Source: an uncultured Desulfosarcina sp.
GTDB lineage: Bacteria > Desulfobacterota > Desulfobacteria > Desulfobacterales > Desulfosarcinaceae
Direction: 5' to 3'
Length of the DNA: 64,000 nucleotides
Assembly (NCBI GenBank): GCA_963674945.2
Contig: CAXXWQ010000003.1
Coordinates: forward strand, 1-64,000
This document shows, piece by piece, positions 39,400-49,966 of this stretch (the first letter of the stretch is position 1; each line of letters opens with the position of its first letter). The translations under genes and the position numbers were made by a program. The notes beneath the pieces are model-generated. The model saw nothing but the letters and a program-made list of their open reading frames with translations, did not search any database and was not told the origin of the DNA.

Positions 39400-39636
39400 A
39401 TGAACATATCATCGCATATTTATGTCGAACAAAAGAAAAAGAATAAAACGGACCTCGAACGATGTGCTTTCGGCATCGTTGAACGCTACCAGAAAGGTGC
39501 AATCGTAGAATTGCGGGATTACGGCTGGCAAATGACGTGGAAATATCTGCTCAAGGAACTTCGATCCTGCTCCCCCGGTTTTATGGACATCGAATATGGC
39601 ATCGCCTTGCATCTGGCTTTCACCGAATCCAGATGA
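39400..39636 (+). CDS. Hypothetical protein
   Basis: 78-aa ORF directly following the zinc-ribbon gene. Confidence 0.55.
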   Translation: MNISSHIYVEQKKKNKTDLERCAFGIVERYQKGAIVELRDYGWQMTWKYLLKELRSCSPGFMDIEYGIALHLAFTESR

Positions 39637-39642
39637 ACTTTA

Positions 39643-40047
39643 TTAAATTTCATTTTTCTCCGATTTTTTCTGCAGCCAGTCTTTGGCAAGGTCCACATCT
39701 CTGAAAACTTGATATTCATCTGGTAGGTTATTCATTTTCATTATGGCGGCAAAAAAATTCAGCAATCCGATGTTAATGGTTTTAGAACCGACCAGGGCCA
39801 CCTTTCGAACCTTTCCATCTGTTGAGACTGCCCCAATACTGGAAGAAATATCGTTCATATCGGCTATGGATATATCAATTTTAGAAGCCTTAGAAAAATC
39901 CCATAAGGAGTTATCCGGTTTCTTACCCGGCAAGTATTTGTTTGCCTGAACCAAAATATCCTCTGCGTTTAATGCTCCGATCACTTTGAAAATTGTATAC
40001 TTTTCCTGCTTTTTGACTGAAATCATAACCCGCTGACTCTCCATCAA
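39643..40047 (-). CDS. Hypothetical protein, STAS/SpoIIAA-like
   Basis: LWDFSKA, KVALVG, YQVFRDVDLAKDWL pattern. Confidence 0.6.
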   Translation of the reverse strand: MMESQRVMISVKKQEKYTIFKVIGALNAEDILVQANKYLPGKKPDNSLWDFSKASKIDISIADMNDISSSIGAVSTDGKVRKVALVGSKTINIGLLNFFAAIMKMNNLPDEYQVFRDVDLAKDWLQKKSEKNEI

Positions 40048-40268
40048 TTCGAATAAGCGACGTTTGTGGTATCGGTTGCAACACGATATTCTATCACATC
40101 TCGATATTTATGAAGGTATTGCTGTGCACATTGCTCACAATACTTTCTGGGGACGCCACGTCCGGTAAAATAAAAACGGTACCAGTGCCGCTTTTGACAA
40201 ATGGGGCAGATACATTCGGTTGGTTTGCTACGGCTGAGAACGGTTGCCATCTTATTTGATCTCCTCAA
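40044..40268 (-). CDS. Small zinc-ribbon-like protein (paralogue of 14246-14506)
   Basis: ECICPICQKRH...FTGRGVPRKYCEQC; probable start MATV at 40250. Confidence 0.65.
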   Translation of the reverse strand: MRRSNKMATVLSRSKPTECICPICQKRHWYRFYFTGRGVPRKYCEQCAQQYLHKYRDVIEYRVATDTTNVAYSN

Positions 40269-40307
40269 AGTATGATTTTATTTTTAGTTCATGAGTACTC
40301 TTTAATT

Positions 40308-40323
40308 ATTAGTTTTTGGTTAG
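40308..40323 (-). promoter_or_regulatory. Pho-box-like repeat
   Basis: Minus strand CTAAC-caaaaa-CTAAT. Confidence 0.55.
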
Positions 40324-40466
40324 GAATATGACACAAAGATAAAAGCAATCATCTTTATTCTATTGAAATAATAAATGATAATTTATGTGTTATTTTTTCT
40401 CAAGAGAAAAACGTGTCTTAGAACTAAAGCTTATCGATTGTGTGTCGATAGAGAAGTTAACGATTC

Positions 40467-40584
40467 GGTACTTCGCTGACCCATACACCTCCTGATGTGG
40501 GGACCAGGAAGCCGGTACGAATATTCAAGTTTCACTCCTTTTTAAAAAAGCCAGAATCCATGGTAATTGGGTTCTGGTTTTTTT
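40467..40584 (+). ncRNA. Candidate ~120-nt sRNA with the conserved hairpin (copy 4) and a terminator
   Basis: CTTCGCTGACCC...GGGGACCAGGAAG at 40471-40511; terminator AAAAAAGCCAGAATCCA...TGGGTTCTGGTTTTTTT at 40544-40584. Confidence 0.5.
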
Positions 40585-40600
40585 ATTCTAATTGTTGACG

Positions 40601-41275
40601 TCAACGGGCAATTGGGCCGTGTAATTCAATGGGGCGTGGTTGGCGAGGAATGAAGGCGCTTGCGCGTATAGGCGGGGCAACATCCATATTTCTTATGATG
40701 GTACCGGCGTGGACAAATGGGGTTCGTCTGCTGGCCGGAGGCAATTCGGTAACGATATCCTTCGGATTGAATATGTTGAATACGGAAATACCGGCAAGGG
40801 CTTGGGCAAATGCAGCATCTCCGACTCTTGGTGCCCCGAAGGTGTATACTGCGGTTGGCGACCGCAGTGATGCCGCCAGGGTTGCCAGTGCGCCGCCCAG
40901 ACTATGACCGGCGTAATACAATGGTTTCGTAACGTCTTCCAACGCTGAAGCGATAGGGCCCAACAGATCCATGAGAATATTTCTGAATCCGCGGTGAACA
41001 TTGCCGCCGGTGGACCATTGGCAGGCAACCATGTCCAGGTTTGGCAGCCAGCTGGACAGACGCCCTGCGGTTCCGCGAAACACGAGAGCGGCAAAGGCAC
41101 CATCACCGTCCTCTATGGTTTCTATCAGGGCGGCCTGTGTGGTTGTCCCGCTAAAAAACCGGTATTCATGCAGACCGACGCGTCCCATGATATCATCAGG
41201 TATCTCTTCGTGTTGGCTTCTAACTGACAACCTTACATCGGCAACGAGAGGAAGATGGTCTGAGGCTTTTAAAGT
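40601..41275 (-). pseudogene. Class-3 lipase fragment, N-terminally joined to an EEP (exonuclease/endonuclease/phosphatase) C-terminal remnant
   Basis: FRGT, VHRGF, GHSLGGALA, YTFGAPRVGD, DIV..LPP; same frame upstream reads [16 protein letters not shown]. Confidence 0.6.
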
Positions 41276-41279
41276 GAGT

Positions 41280-42398
41280 TCATTTTTCCATCCAATACAT
41301 CGATCTTTCGACGACCTGGATCAAAGCCTCCATATCTGCGGAAAAAACGTCGCCGATATTGCCGATACGAAACGTATCGAGATCCGTGACCTTGCCCGGA
41401 TAAATGACAAAGCCCTGCTTCTTCAAGTTGCGATAGAACTCCTTGAACGTGTAATCGGGATGCACCGGGCTGTGAAAGGCCGTGATGATGGGAGATTGCC
41501 ACCGTTCATCCAGCAGGGGGGAGAACCCGAGTTTCTTCATGCCCCGAACCAGCCGCCTGTGGTTGCCGACATATCGTTCATAGCGGGCTGCAATTCCACC
41601 TTCCTCCGCCAGTTCTTCCAAGGCCTGTGCAAAGGCTCTCACCGCATGGGTCGGAGAAGTAAAACGCCATTTTCCCTCATGATGCTCCATGGTTTCCCAT
41701 TGATCGTAAAGATCCAGGCTGAGTGACCCGGCATTTCCCCGGGTTTTTGCAAGGAGCGCCCGATTGGCGATGACGAACCCGAATCCGGGAACCCCCTGGA
41801 TGCATTTATTGGCGCTGCTGATGACAAAATCCGCGCCAATCCGATGCATATCCATGGGAATGCCCCCGAAGCTGCTCATTGCGTCCACGATATACCGTTT
41901 TCCATGGGAGCGTACGATACGGCCGATCTCTTCCACGGGATTAAGCATTCCCGTTGTGGTTTCACAATGGACCACCGCCACATGGGTGATGTCCGTTTCT
42001 GTCGTGAGAGTTTTCTCGAGCCGTTCCAAATCCGGCGGATCGGTTTCTCCGTTGTCATGGATCAGCAAGGGGATGCTGGCCCGCTTGGCGATCTGGGCGA
42101 TTCTCCTGCCGTAGGCACCATTGGCCAACACCAGCAGCTTTCCGGTTTTGGGCACGGCAGTGATGATGGTGGATTCCACGCTGAAGGTGCCGCTTCCCTG
42201 CATCAACACGGCAGTATAGCCGTTATGATCCGTTGCCAGTCGTACCAATTGGTTTCGGATGCGCTGAACGATCCGGCTGTAATCCTCATCCCAGGTGCAC
42301 CAGTCTCTCATCATCACACTTTTTACGGTTTTGGTGGTGGTGAGAGGGCCGGGGGTAAGCAGGATATATGGATTTTCAGGAAGGTTATCGGTTTTCAT
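41280..42398 (-). CDS. phnW: 2-aminoethylphosphonate--pyruvate transaminase
   Basis: [62 protein letters not shown]. Confidence 0.95.
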   Translation of the reverse strand: MKTDNLPENPYILLTPGPLTTTKTVKSVMMRDWCTWDEDYSRIVQRIRNQLVRLATDHNGYTAVLMQGSGTFSVESTIITAVPKTGKLLVLANGAYGRRIAQIAKRASIPLLIHDNGETDPPDLERLEKTLTTETDITHVAVVHCETTTGMLNPVEEIGRIVRSHGKRYIVDAMSSFGGIPMDMHRIGADFVISSANKCIQGVPGFGFVIANRALLAKTRGNAGSLSLDLYDQWETMEHHEGKWRFTSPTHAVRAFAQALEELAEEGGIAARYERYVGNHRRLVRGMKKLGFSPLLDERWQSPIITAFHSPVHPDYTFKEFYRNLKKQGFVIYPGKVTDLDTFRIGNIGDVFSADMEALIQVVERSMYWMEK

Positions 42399-42465
42399 TT
42401 GTTTCTCTCCACGGAAAAGCGGTCAGCCTATCGCTAACGGATAGTCTCTCATATTTGGTTCTCTT

Positions 42466-43872
42466 CTAATCATTTGTTGTTTTGCTACGCCTGATGTTTT
42501 CCTTCTCACTTAGAATTGCTGTCTCGAGGATGTCCAACGCCCGTTCCATCTCCGCATCCGAAATGGTCAGGGCCGGCGTCAGAGTTAGGAAATTACCGCC
42601 GGAAACTTTAAAGCTCAGGCCCCTTTCAAGACAGGCATACATGATCCTTTCCGCCTCGAGGACCGCCGGTTGACCGTCGTTTGCCAGTGCAACGCCGAAA
42701 AGCAGCCCCCGACCGCGGATGTCGTCCACCAGCGAATACGTTCCAAGATTGCTTCGCAAACGCTTTCGCGCGATCTCTCCCAACACTTCGGAACGTCTGA
42801 CCAGTTGATGTTCCTCGATATATTCGATAGCGGCCAGGCCGGCGGCACAGGCGACCGGATTTTTCTCATGGGTGTAATGACCCAGGGCGATCTTCCTGCC
42901 GACATTCAACTCTTCCCGCGCAACGATCGCCGCCAGGGGGAACACGCCACCGCCCAACCCTTTGCCCATGATCAGGATATCCGGAATTACATCCTCATGC
43001 TCACAGGCGAACATTTTACCGGTCCTGCCCAGGCAGACGGCGGTTTCGTCGAAAATCAACAGGGCACCGTACCGGTCACAGGCCCGGCGCACCGCTTGCC
43101 AGTATCCCTCAGGAGGTGGATTCACCCTGGTGCAGCGGATCGGCTCGGCAATCACTGCGGCGATATCGCCCTCTTTTTCCATGACGTATTCGACATAACG
43201 GGCGCATTTCAGCCCGCAGGCATCGCAGTTGCCCGACGGGTCCCATAGACAATTGCGTGGATCGGCCGGGGGGACATGCTCCGTGCCGGGCAAAAGCGGG
43301 CCGATGCCTTTTCGAAAAAGGGCTTCGCCGCCCACGGAAATGGCATCCAACGATGCGCCGTGAAAAGCGTCCCACATGGAGATGGTTTTAAACCGACCGG
43401 TGGCCACTCGGGCCAGTTTCAAAGCCATGCCCACCGCACTGGTGCCGCCGGGGGCAAACAGCACGCGGTTCAGATCGCCGGGAGCAATCCGGACCAGCTT
43501 TTCCGCCAGCCGGATGGCCGGCACATTGGTATAGCGGCGGGGGCAGAAAGGAAGGGTTTCCACCTGCCGCCGAACGGCATCCAATACCGCCGGATTGGCA
43601 TGGCCGGCCTGGTGGAGGCTGTTGCCATGAAAATCCAGGAACCGTTCCCCCGAAAAGTCCGTAAAACCACCGTCCAAACAGCCGGACAACACATCCAGGC
43701 AGGGCGTGGAAAGGGATTGGTGCAAGAATACATCGGCATCCCGTCGAAGCCAGTGGCGGGTTTCCTGATCCAGCCTGTTGGTCCACTTTTGCCTTAACGC
43801 AGAAAGGTTCGCGTCGCCTTCGGACAGGTCCACCGGCGTTGATTCCGGCGATGGTGGTTGGGAAGTATTCAT
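42466..43872 (-). CDS. pbfA: Class-III PLP enzyme, probable (R)-1-hydroxy-2-aminoethylphosphonate ammonia-lyase
   Basis: SEGD.N, FLHQSLSTPCLD, DFHGN, WDAFHGASLDAISVGGE, GHYTHEKNP; located between phnX and phnW. Confidence 0.8.
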   Translation of the reverse strand: MNTSQPPSPESTPVDLSEGDANLSALRQKWTNRLDQETRHWLRRDADVFLHQSLSTPCLDVLSGCLDGGFTDFSGERFLDFHGNSLHQAGHANPAVLDAVRRQVETLPFCPRRYTNVPAIRLAEKLVRIAPGDLNRVLFAPGGTSAVGMALKLARVATGRFKTISMWDAFHGASLDAISVGGEALFRKGIGPLLPGTEHVPPADPRNCLWDPSGNCDACGLKCARYVEYVMEKEGDIAAVIAEPIRCTRVNPPPEGYWQAVRRACDRYGALLIFDETAVCLGRTGKMFACEHEDVIPDILIMGKGLGGGVFPLAAIVAREELNVGRKIALGHYTHEKNPVACAAGLAAIEYIEEHQLVRRSEVLGEIARKRLRSNLGTYSLVDDIRGRGLLFGVALANDGQPAVLEAERIMYACLERGLSFKVSGGNFLTLTPALTISDAEMERALDILETAILSEKENIRRSKTTND

Positions 43873-43890
43873 GCGAATTCTTTTTGCCGA

Positions 43891-44727
43891 TTAAATGGGC
43901 CTTTCGCCGTTTGCCAGGCGCCGGTTGATCTTTTCGATGAGGGGAAGACATTCCCAGATGCCCCTTGCCGTGTAATGAACACCGGTTTGTCGAAAACGTT
44001 TTTCGATGTCCGCCAGTTTTCGATTCAACTCCGCTTCCGGCAGGGATTGCACCTTTTTTCGTGTCAGTCCCAGTTCATTGCCGGACTGGGTCAGGCCGAT
44101 GGTCCACATGCCCGCGTTCAACCCCTCCTGGATGTCGCTGATGGTATCGCCGATTTTCACCAGGGCCGACATGGGGTAGACACCCAACTCAATGGCGTTC
44201 AGGTAACACATCCAGGGATAGGGGCGGCCGTTGGGCACATCGGTGGAACATTTCACGGCATCCGGCGAATAGCCCTTCTGCCTTGCCAAGGGTGCCAGCA
44301 CCGCCATCATCGGAGTCGTGTACCCGGTGCAGGAGCCAATTTTCATCTCCAGCCTTCTCATCTCTTCCACGGCTTCCAGAAGTCCGGGAATCAGGTCCGC
44401 ATGACGACAGATGGCCGAAACCATCATGGGTTCGGTCTCCTCATAAAGACCCGCCACATCATTCTCATCCGGATTCTTTCCGTGAACCTCCTTCCACCGC
44501 TGCCGGATACGCGGAAGATCCAACATACCCCGGATATGATCCTTTTTCATCAGTCCCATGAATTGGCGGGCCTCATGTATGGTGACGTTGATGCGAAATT
44601 TCTCAAATACGTCGACGAAAACGGCCGCCGGACCCAAACAGCCATAGTCGACAGCCGTGCCCGCCCAGTCTAAAATGGCCCCCTTCAACGGACCTGTATA
44701 GGACGATGTCGGAATGATTTGTTTCAT
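43891..44727 (-). CDS. phnX: Phosphonoacetaldehyde hydrolase (phosphonatase)
   Basis: DWAGTAVDYG, MGL.KKDH, GRPYPWM, KIGDT..DI.EGLNAGMW; start MKQII at 44727. Confidence 0.93.
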   Translation of the reverse strand: MKQIIPTSSYTGPLKGAILDWAGTAVDYGCLGPAAVFVDVFEKFRINVTIHEARQFMGLMKKDHIRGMLDLPRIRQRWKEVHGKNPDENDVAGLYEETEPMMVSAICRHADLIPGLLEAVEEMRRLEMKIGSCTGYTTPMMAVLAPLARQKGYSPDAVKCSTDVPNGRPYPWMCYLNAIELGVYPMSALVKIGDTISDIQEGLNAGMWTIGLTQSGNELGLTRKKVQSLPEAELNRKLADIEKRFRQTGVHYTARGIWECLPLIEKINRRLANGERPI

Positions 44728-44744
44728 TTTCCTGTCCTTTTCTG

Positions 44745-46502
44745 TCAATGACGTATCCATGCCTGGCTCCTTGCTTTCATCCCCCTGGTCAGCCAACTGT
44801 AAAGAATTCTCACCAGAAGATTGGTGAGTACCACGAGGATGGACATGGCGCATGCCGGGGCGATATCACCGGCATCGTCCATATTGGCGATGGCGACGGA
44901 GGCAAGCGGGATGTCGGCGGAGTAGAGAAAAATGACCGCCGATACGGTGGCCATGGAGTTGACAAAATAATACATGCCGATTTCGAGTATCGCCGGCAGA
45001 CAAACCGGAACGGATACCCTGAAAAAAGTTTTGTAAAACGGAACGCCCAAGGATTCGGAAACGGTCTCAAACTCCTTGTCCAGCTGTTTCAGTGCGGTGG
45101 TGGCGGTCAGGAAGCTGACGGAAAAAAAGTGAATGATATTGCTGATGACCAAAATGCCCATGGTGGCATAGAGAAATCCGAATGGGTTGGGAATGGTCAG
45201 CCCGAAAAAAGACCAGCCTCTGGCATTGAAAAAGAAAATGTAGGAAAGCCCGATGACCAGGCCTGGCAGGGCCAACGGCAGGATCGAAAGAAAATAGGCG
45301 GTCTGGCGCAATTGTCTCATCTGCCGTGTTTTCTCGATGAGATAAGCGGCGGAAAAAGTAATCGCAGTGCCGAAAAATGCCGAGTAGAGACTCATTCGGA
45401 TGCTGTTGAAAAAAGCGGCATACCCGCCCCCGCCCATCCCGGCGAATCGATAATGCCAAAATCCCAGCTCTATTTTGTAAGGCCATACTTTGACCAGTGA
45501 GGCAAACAGGGCCGTTCCGTAAAATGCGATGATCAGAAACGAGATCAGGCCGCAGTATATGAGCCCAAAACCGTCTCTGAACGTTTGCGGTTCCGGTGTC
45601 AACGGTACGGATTTGGCCGCAATTAAAGAGACCTGTCTGCGCTGGATGATGCGATCCACCACAAAAGCGATCACGGTGGGAATCAGGAGCACGATGCTGA
45701 CAACGGACCCCATAATGAAATTCTGCTGTCCGATGACCTGTTTGTAGATGTCCGTTGCCAGGATATTGAAATTGCCGCCGACTACTTTGGGCGCGCCGAA
45801 ATCGGTGAAGGCCAGAATGAAACAGACGAACACGGCACTGAGCAGACCGTATTTGATGCCCGGCAGGGTAACGGTGAAAAAAGTGCGAATCCGGTCGGCA
45901 CCGAGAGAATCGGCGGCTTCGTAGAGACGGGCATCTGTCATACCAAGGGCGATGGTCAGAATCATGACGGCCTGGGGAAAGGTGAACAGCACTTCGGAAA
46001 TGATGATTCCCACCGCTCCGTACAGGTGGATGTCAACTCCGGGAATGGCGCCGAAAAAGCCCCGCGTGATCAGTCCCTTTCTGCCGAAAAGATAGACAAG
46101 GGCAATCCCGTTGAGCAGGGTCGGGGCAAACAGGGGCATCATGGCCAGTGACTTGAAAAACCCCTTCCCCGGAATGCACGTGCGGGTCAGGGCATAGGCA
46201 TACATAAATCCGAGACTTACGGCAATACCCGTGGTCGTCAGCGAAACGAAGAGGCTGTTGCCCAGCGAACGGGACAAAGACGGCGTTCTGAAATAGTGGA
46301 TGTAATTGGCCAACCCCACGAATTCTCCCTGGGGATTGACCATGCTTCGCCCGAGCAGTTGGAACAGGGGCAAAAGAACCATGACGAACATCCAGATGCA
46401 GACGAGGATGATCATCAGATGCCGGATCCACAGCTCGGTATCAATTTGCTCAAAAAAGCCCTGCCGTGCAAAAGCGCCGTGAGCTTCGGCAGCATGGCTC
46501 AT
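44745..46502 (-). CDS. 2-AEP ABC transporter permease (fused, PhnU2/AepW type)
   Basis: Two EAA loops, FTDFGAPKVVGG, MDDAGD.APACAM. Confidence 0.88.
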   Translation of the reverse strand: MSHAAEAHGAFARQGFFEQIDTELWIRHLMIILVCIWMFVMVLLPLFQLLGRSMVNPQGEFVGLANYIHYFRTPSLSRSLGNSLFVSLTTTGIAVSLGFMYAYALTRTCIPGKGFFKSLAMMPLFAPTLLNGIALVYLFGRKGLITRGFFGAIPGVDIHLYGAVGIIISEVLFTFPQAVMILTIALGMTDARLYEAADSLGADRIRTFFTVTLPGIKYGLLSAVFVCFILAFTDFGAPKVVGGNFNILATDIYKQVIGQQNFIMGSVVSIVLLIPTVIAFVVDRIIQRRQVSLIAAKSVPLTPEPQTFRDGFGLIYCGLISFLIIAFYGTALFASLVKVWPYKIELGFWHYRFAGMGGGGYAAFFNSIRMSLYSAFFGTAITFSAAYLIEKTRQMRQLRQTAYFLSILPLALPGLVIGLSYIFFFNARGWSFFGLTIPNPFGFLYATMGILVISNIIHFFSVSFLTATTALKQLDKEFETVSESLGVPFYKTFFRVSVPVCLPAILEIGMYYFVNSMATVSAVIFLYSADIPLASVAIANMDDAGDIAPACAMSILVVLTNLLVRILYSWLTRGMKARSQAWIRH

Positions 46503-47617
46503 GCGGCAACCTTTTCCTGCCGATACACGCGAAGGCGATCCTGGGGCAGATGGATGGGAACGTAAACATCTTCTTTGATATTGAGGCGCCGGACTTTTTC
46601 AGCCGTTACATCGGCGTCGATGGTCCTGCTGCCGCTGTTTCGCATCGGCAGGTCCAAGGTGATTCGAAACAGCGGCCCCCGGTATTCCATGGCCTTCACA
46701 TAGGCCTGAAAGGTGTTGCGTTTGTCCTCACTACCGGTGTTGATCATGATATCTTCAGGACGGATCGCCAGGGTAACCGGATGCCCCGCGGGAAGCCGCC
46801 GGGAACCGTTTTCTCCGGAAATCATCAGCGTATGATCGCCGATGCGATAGCACCCGTCTTCGACCTTCACCGCCTGGTCAATGAAATTCATGGAACCGAT
46901 AAACGATGCGACGAAAGGCGTTGCCGGCCGATCGTAGATATCCGTCGGCTTTCCATTTTGCACCAGCTGCCCGCCTGCAATCACCAGAATGCGGTCGGCC
47001 ATGGTCAGGGCTTCCTCCTGGTCATGGGTCACCATGATGGTGGTTACCCCGAGGCGCTGCTGCAGGTGTCGGATCTCCGAACGAAGCATGACGCGAACCT
47101 TGGCATCCAGTGCGGACAGCGGTTCATCCAGCAGCAACAGATCCGGAGACAGGGCCATTGCCCGCGCCAGGGCCACTCGTTGCTGTTGACCGCCGGACAA
47201 TTGCGCCGGATATTTCACGCCGATCCCGGAAAGCCCGACCAAATGCAAAAGTTCTTCCACTCGATTGCGAATTGAGAATTTCTCTTTATTACGTCCTCTC
47301 AGGCCATAGGCGACATTATCCGCAGCCGAAAGATTGGGAAACAGCGCGTAGGACTGAAATACGATTCCCACATTGCGACGGGACACCGGAAGGTTCGTCA
47401 CATCCCGTCCCTGGATGAGAACCCGTCCTTCGGTTAATGATTCCAGCCCGGCAACCATGCGAAGCAGGGTGGTTTTCCCGCAGCCGGACGGTCCCAGTAC
47501 GGAAATAAATTCTCCCGGCTTTGCCGTAAACGAGACGTTCTTCAGCGCCGTGAATTTTCCGAATTTCTTGGTGATGTTTTCAACCTGAAGATAATGTTTG
47601 GATGCGGGCTGGTTCAT
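46499..47617 (-). CDS. 2-AEP ABC transporter ATP-binding protein (PhnT2/AepV type)
   Basis: GPSGCGKT, LSGGQQQR, DEPLSALD, TOBE-like C-terminus. Confidence 0.9.
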   Translation of the reverse strand: MNQPASKHYLQVENITKKFGKFTALKNVSFTAKPGEFISVLGPSGCGKTTLLRMVAGLESLTEGRVLIQGRDVTNLPVSRRNVGIVFQSYALFPNLSAADNVAYGLRGRNKEKFSIRNRVEELLHLVGLSGIGVKYPAQLSGGQQQRVALARAMALSPDLLLLDEPLSALDAKVRVMLRSEIRHLQQRLGVTTIMVTHDQEEALTMADRILVIAGGQLVQNGKPTDIYDRPATPFVASFIGSMNFIDQAVKVEDGCYRIGDHTLMISGENGSRRLPAGHPVTLAIRPEDIMINTGSEDKRNTFQAYVKAMEYRGPLFRITLDLPMRNSGSRTIDADVTAEKVRRLNIKEDVYVPIHLPQDRLRVYRQEKVAA

Positions 47618-47645
47618 ATTTCACCTTTTCCATTCTGGATGGGTA

Positions 47646-48680
47646 CTACTTGGCATCACTCTTCCCATCATACCGTTTCGTCCACTCCGCCAGAATCCTG
47701 GTCCGGTTCTTGGCGGCCCAGTCAAAATCGTTTTCGATCAGCTGGCCTTCCGGATCCTTTGGAAAGCCTTCGGGAATCGGTACGTCCGTGGCATAGGCGG
47801 TAACCGGATAGACCTGGGCGTACTCTTTCATTACGGGTTCGCTGATGGCCCAGTCCAAGAATGTTTTGGCGGCCGGCTTGATGGTCGCTTTCTTGATCAG
47901 GCAGTTGGCCTCCACATCCCAGCCGGAACCTTCCTTGGGAAAGACGGTGATGATCGGCTCGCCTTTTTTCTTCTGCATGAACCCCCTATAAGCAAAAGAG
48001 ATACCGATGGCGGTTTCGCCTGCCCCCGCCAGTTTGCATGGCTTGGAACCGGAATGGGTGTAACGGATGATATTCTCGTGGAGTTTATCCAGGTAAGCCC
48101 ACCCTTTTTTCTCACCCATGGTCTGTAAAATTGCAGAAACGGTGAGAAAACCGGTTCCCGAAGAGGCCGGGTTCGGCATGATCAGCTGATTCTGGTAGAT
48201 GGGATTGATCAAGTCCGCCAGGGACTCCGGGATGGGCAGTCCAAGAGCTTCACATTCGATCGTGTTGACGCAGAAACCGGTCATCCAGGCTTTGATGCCG
48301 ACCCAATGGGGCACGGCGTTTTTATCCTTCATCTTGGGGCGGACCTTTTCGACCCCTTTGGGGGCATACGGCGCTACCATACCGGCCTGATCGCAGAGCA
48401 TCAGGCTCGTGGCGGCGGTTCCCCATACCACATCCGCACGGGCATTGTCTTTTTCCGCCAGCAGTTTGGCGGTAACGATGCCGGTGGAGTCCCGCACGAT
48501 TTTAACGTTGATCTCCGGATGTGCCTTCTCGAACAGGGCCAGGTAGCGAGGAATCTCATCATCTTCCAGGGCTGTATACACCAGCAGGTCTTCGGCACAG
48601 ACCAAAGCCGGTCCTGCGATCATGGTAACCGCCAGCAACAACAGCCAGAGGGAGGTGAAAAGAGGTTTCATTGCTTTCAT
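47646..48680 (-). CDS. 2-AEP ABC transporter substrate-binding protein (PhnS2/AepX type)
   Basis: [55 protein letters not shown]. Confidence 0.9.
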   Translation of the reverse strand: MKAMKPLFTSLWLLLLAVTMIAGPALVCAEDLLVYTALEDDEIPRYLALFEKAHPEINVKIVRDSTGIVTAKLLAEKDNARADVVWGTAATSLMLCDQAGMVAPYAPKGVEKVRPKMKDKNAVPHWVGIKAWMTGFCVNTIECEALGLPIPESLADLINPIYQNQLIMPNPASSGTGFLTVSAILQTMGEKKGWAYLDKLHENIIRYTHSGSKPCKLAGAGETAIGISFAYRGFMQKKKGEPIITVFPKEGSGWDVEANCLIKKATIKPAAKTFLDWAISEPVMKEYAQVYPVTAYATDVPIPEGFPKDPEGQLIENDFDWAAKNRTRILAEWTKRYDGKSDAK

Positions 48681-48708
48681 CGGTGATTCTCCTTGTTTGT
48701 GATTGATT

Positions 48709-49649
48709 TCATTGATCGTCAGTCGTTAGGTTGTGCCGCAGTTTTCTCTCCTTGCCTTGACAAAAACGGGAGTCCCTGGATGCGCGATGATGCATCCGGG
48801 CCTCATAGACGATGTTCAAAAAGGCTTGAATGGTTCCAAGGCTTTTATATTCCTCCAAACAGACAAAATGCTGGGGGGCGGTCAGTTCAACATCGGCGAC
48901 CTTCAATTTGACCAGGCGATCGTCATGACCAAACTCATCTTCCAGGGCGATCCCGAAGCCACGGCTTCCTTCATCGTCTCCCAGGTGTCCAATTCCAGAA
49001 CGATGTCCGGTTTTACGGATTGTTCTTCAAGGGCTTCCCAAAATATCCGGCGCGTCATGGATTTTTCGGTTCGCGCCACCATGGGCTCACCGTCCAGATC
49101 CGCAATGGAAAGTGTATTCTTCTGTTTCGACCAGGGATGGTCCCTGGCAACAAACAGTACGATGTCCTGATCGCTGTATTTGTATTGATGGAGCCGAGGA
49201 TCGGATATCTTCCCCGTAATGCCCACGATGTCCAGTTGACAGGTCGGCACCTTTTCCAGCAACGGCTTGGAATCACCGATCTCGGCTTTGATCTGAATGC
49301 CGGGATAGCGTTCCATAAACACGGAGAGGATATCCATCACGAAATAGTGGCAGCTGAGCCCGATGTCGAGATATCCGGTCCGAAGATCCGCTGCCGCCTG
49401 CAACGAAGATTCAAAATCATCCAGCAATCCGATGATTTTACGGGCTTTTACGGTCAACTCCTTGCCCAGCTTGCTAAATTCCACCTGACGTCCCCACCGC
49501 TTGAGCAGTTTGGCGTCATAGCTTTCCTGGAGTTTCTTGATCTGTGCCGAAAGTGCCGGCTGGGAAATGCCGATGGAATCGGCCGCTCTGGAAAAATGTC
49601 TCTCCCGTTCCAGGGCATCCAGTGCTTTCAGTTGGGTGATATTGAAGGC
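48709..49649 (-). pseudogene. LysR-family regulator of the AEP operon, frameshifted near 48960
   Basis: LysR HTH (FSRAA...ISQPALSAQIKKL); after EAVA the natural continuation GFGIALEDEFGHDDRLVKLKVAD... is in another frame. Confidence 0.75.
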
Positions 49650-49797
49650 CATTCGATCTCTTTCGGGAATCGCTAAGGAGTTTTTTCTTTGTCGCACGCA
49701 AACCGGTACGTTACCGTATAATTGTGCGTGAGTGGTAAGGCCCGCCTGCGGGTGATCGCATCCCCTGACCCTCGATGCTTACAATAGCATTCTTTTT

Positions 49798-49835
49798 GTG
49801 AGTTTTTTGTTAGAAACAGGTGAGTTTATGATTAG
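49798..49835 (-). promoter_or_regulatory. Four-unit Pho-box-like repeat upstream of the LysR-phn operon
   Basis: GTGAG(49798) GTTAG(49809) GTGAG(49820) ATTAG(49831). Confidence 0.55.
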
Positions 49836-49966
49836 TATGCTTATGATAGGTTATCCGACGATAATCTACGGTTATAATTGACGGCAAAAAAATCCTGTTA
49901 ACTGTATATACTGCCATATAGGGTGGAAGCCCATGTAAATATCGATGTTTATGAGGTCGATGACGG

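Noticed and set aside
39089..39403. IS1 element (InsA-like zinc finger)
   Set aside because: No InsB and no terminal IRs; the corrected frame gives a stand-alone double zinc-ribbon protein
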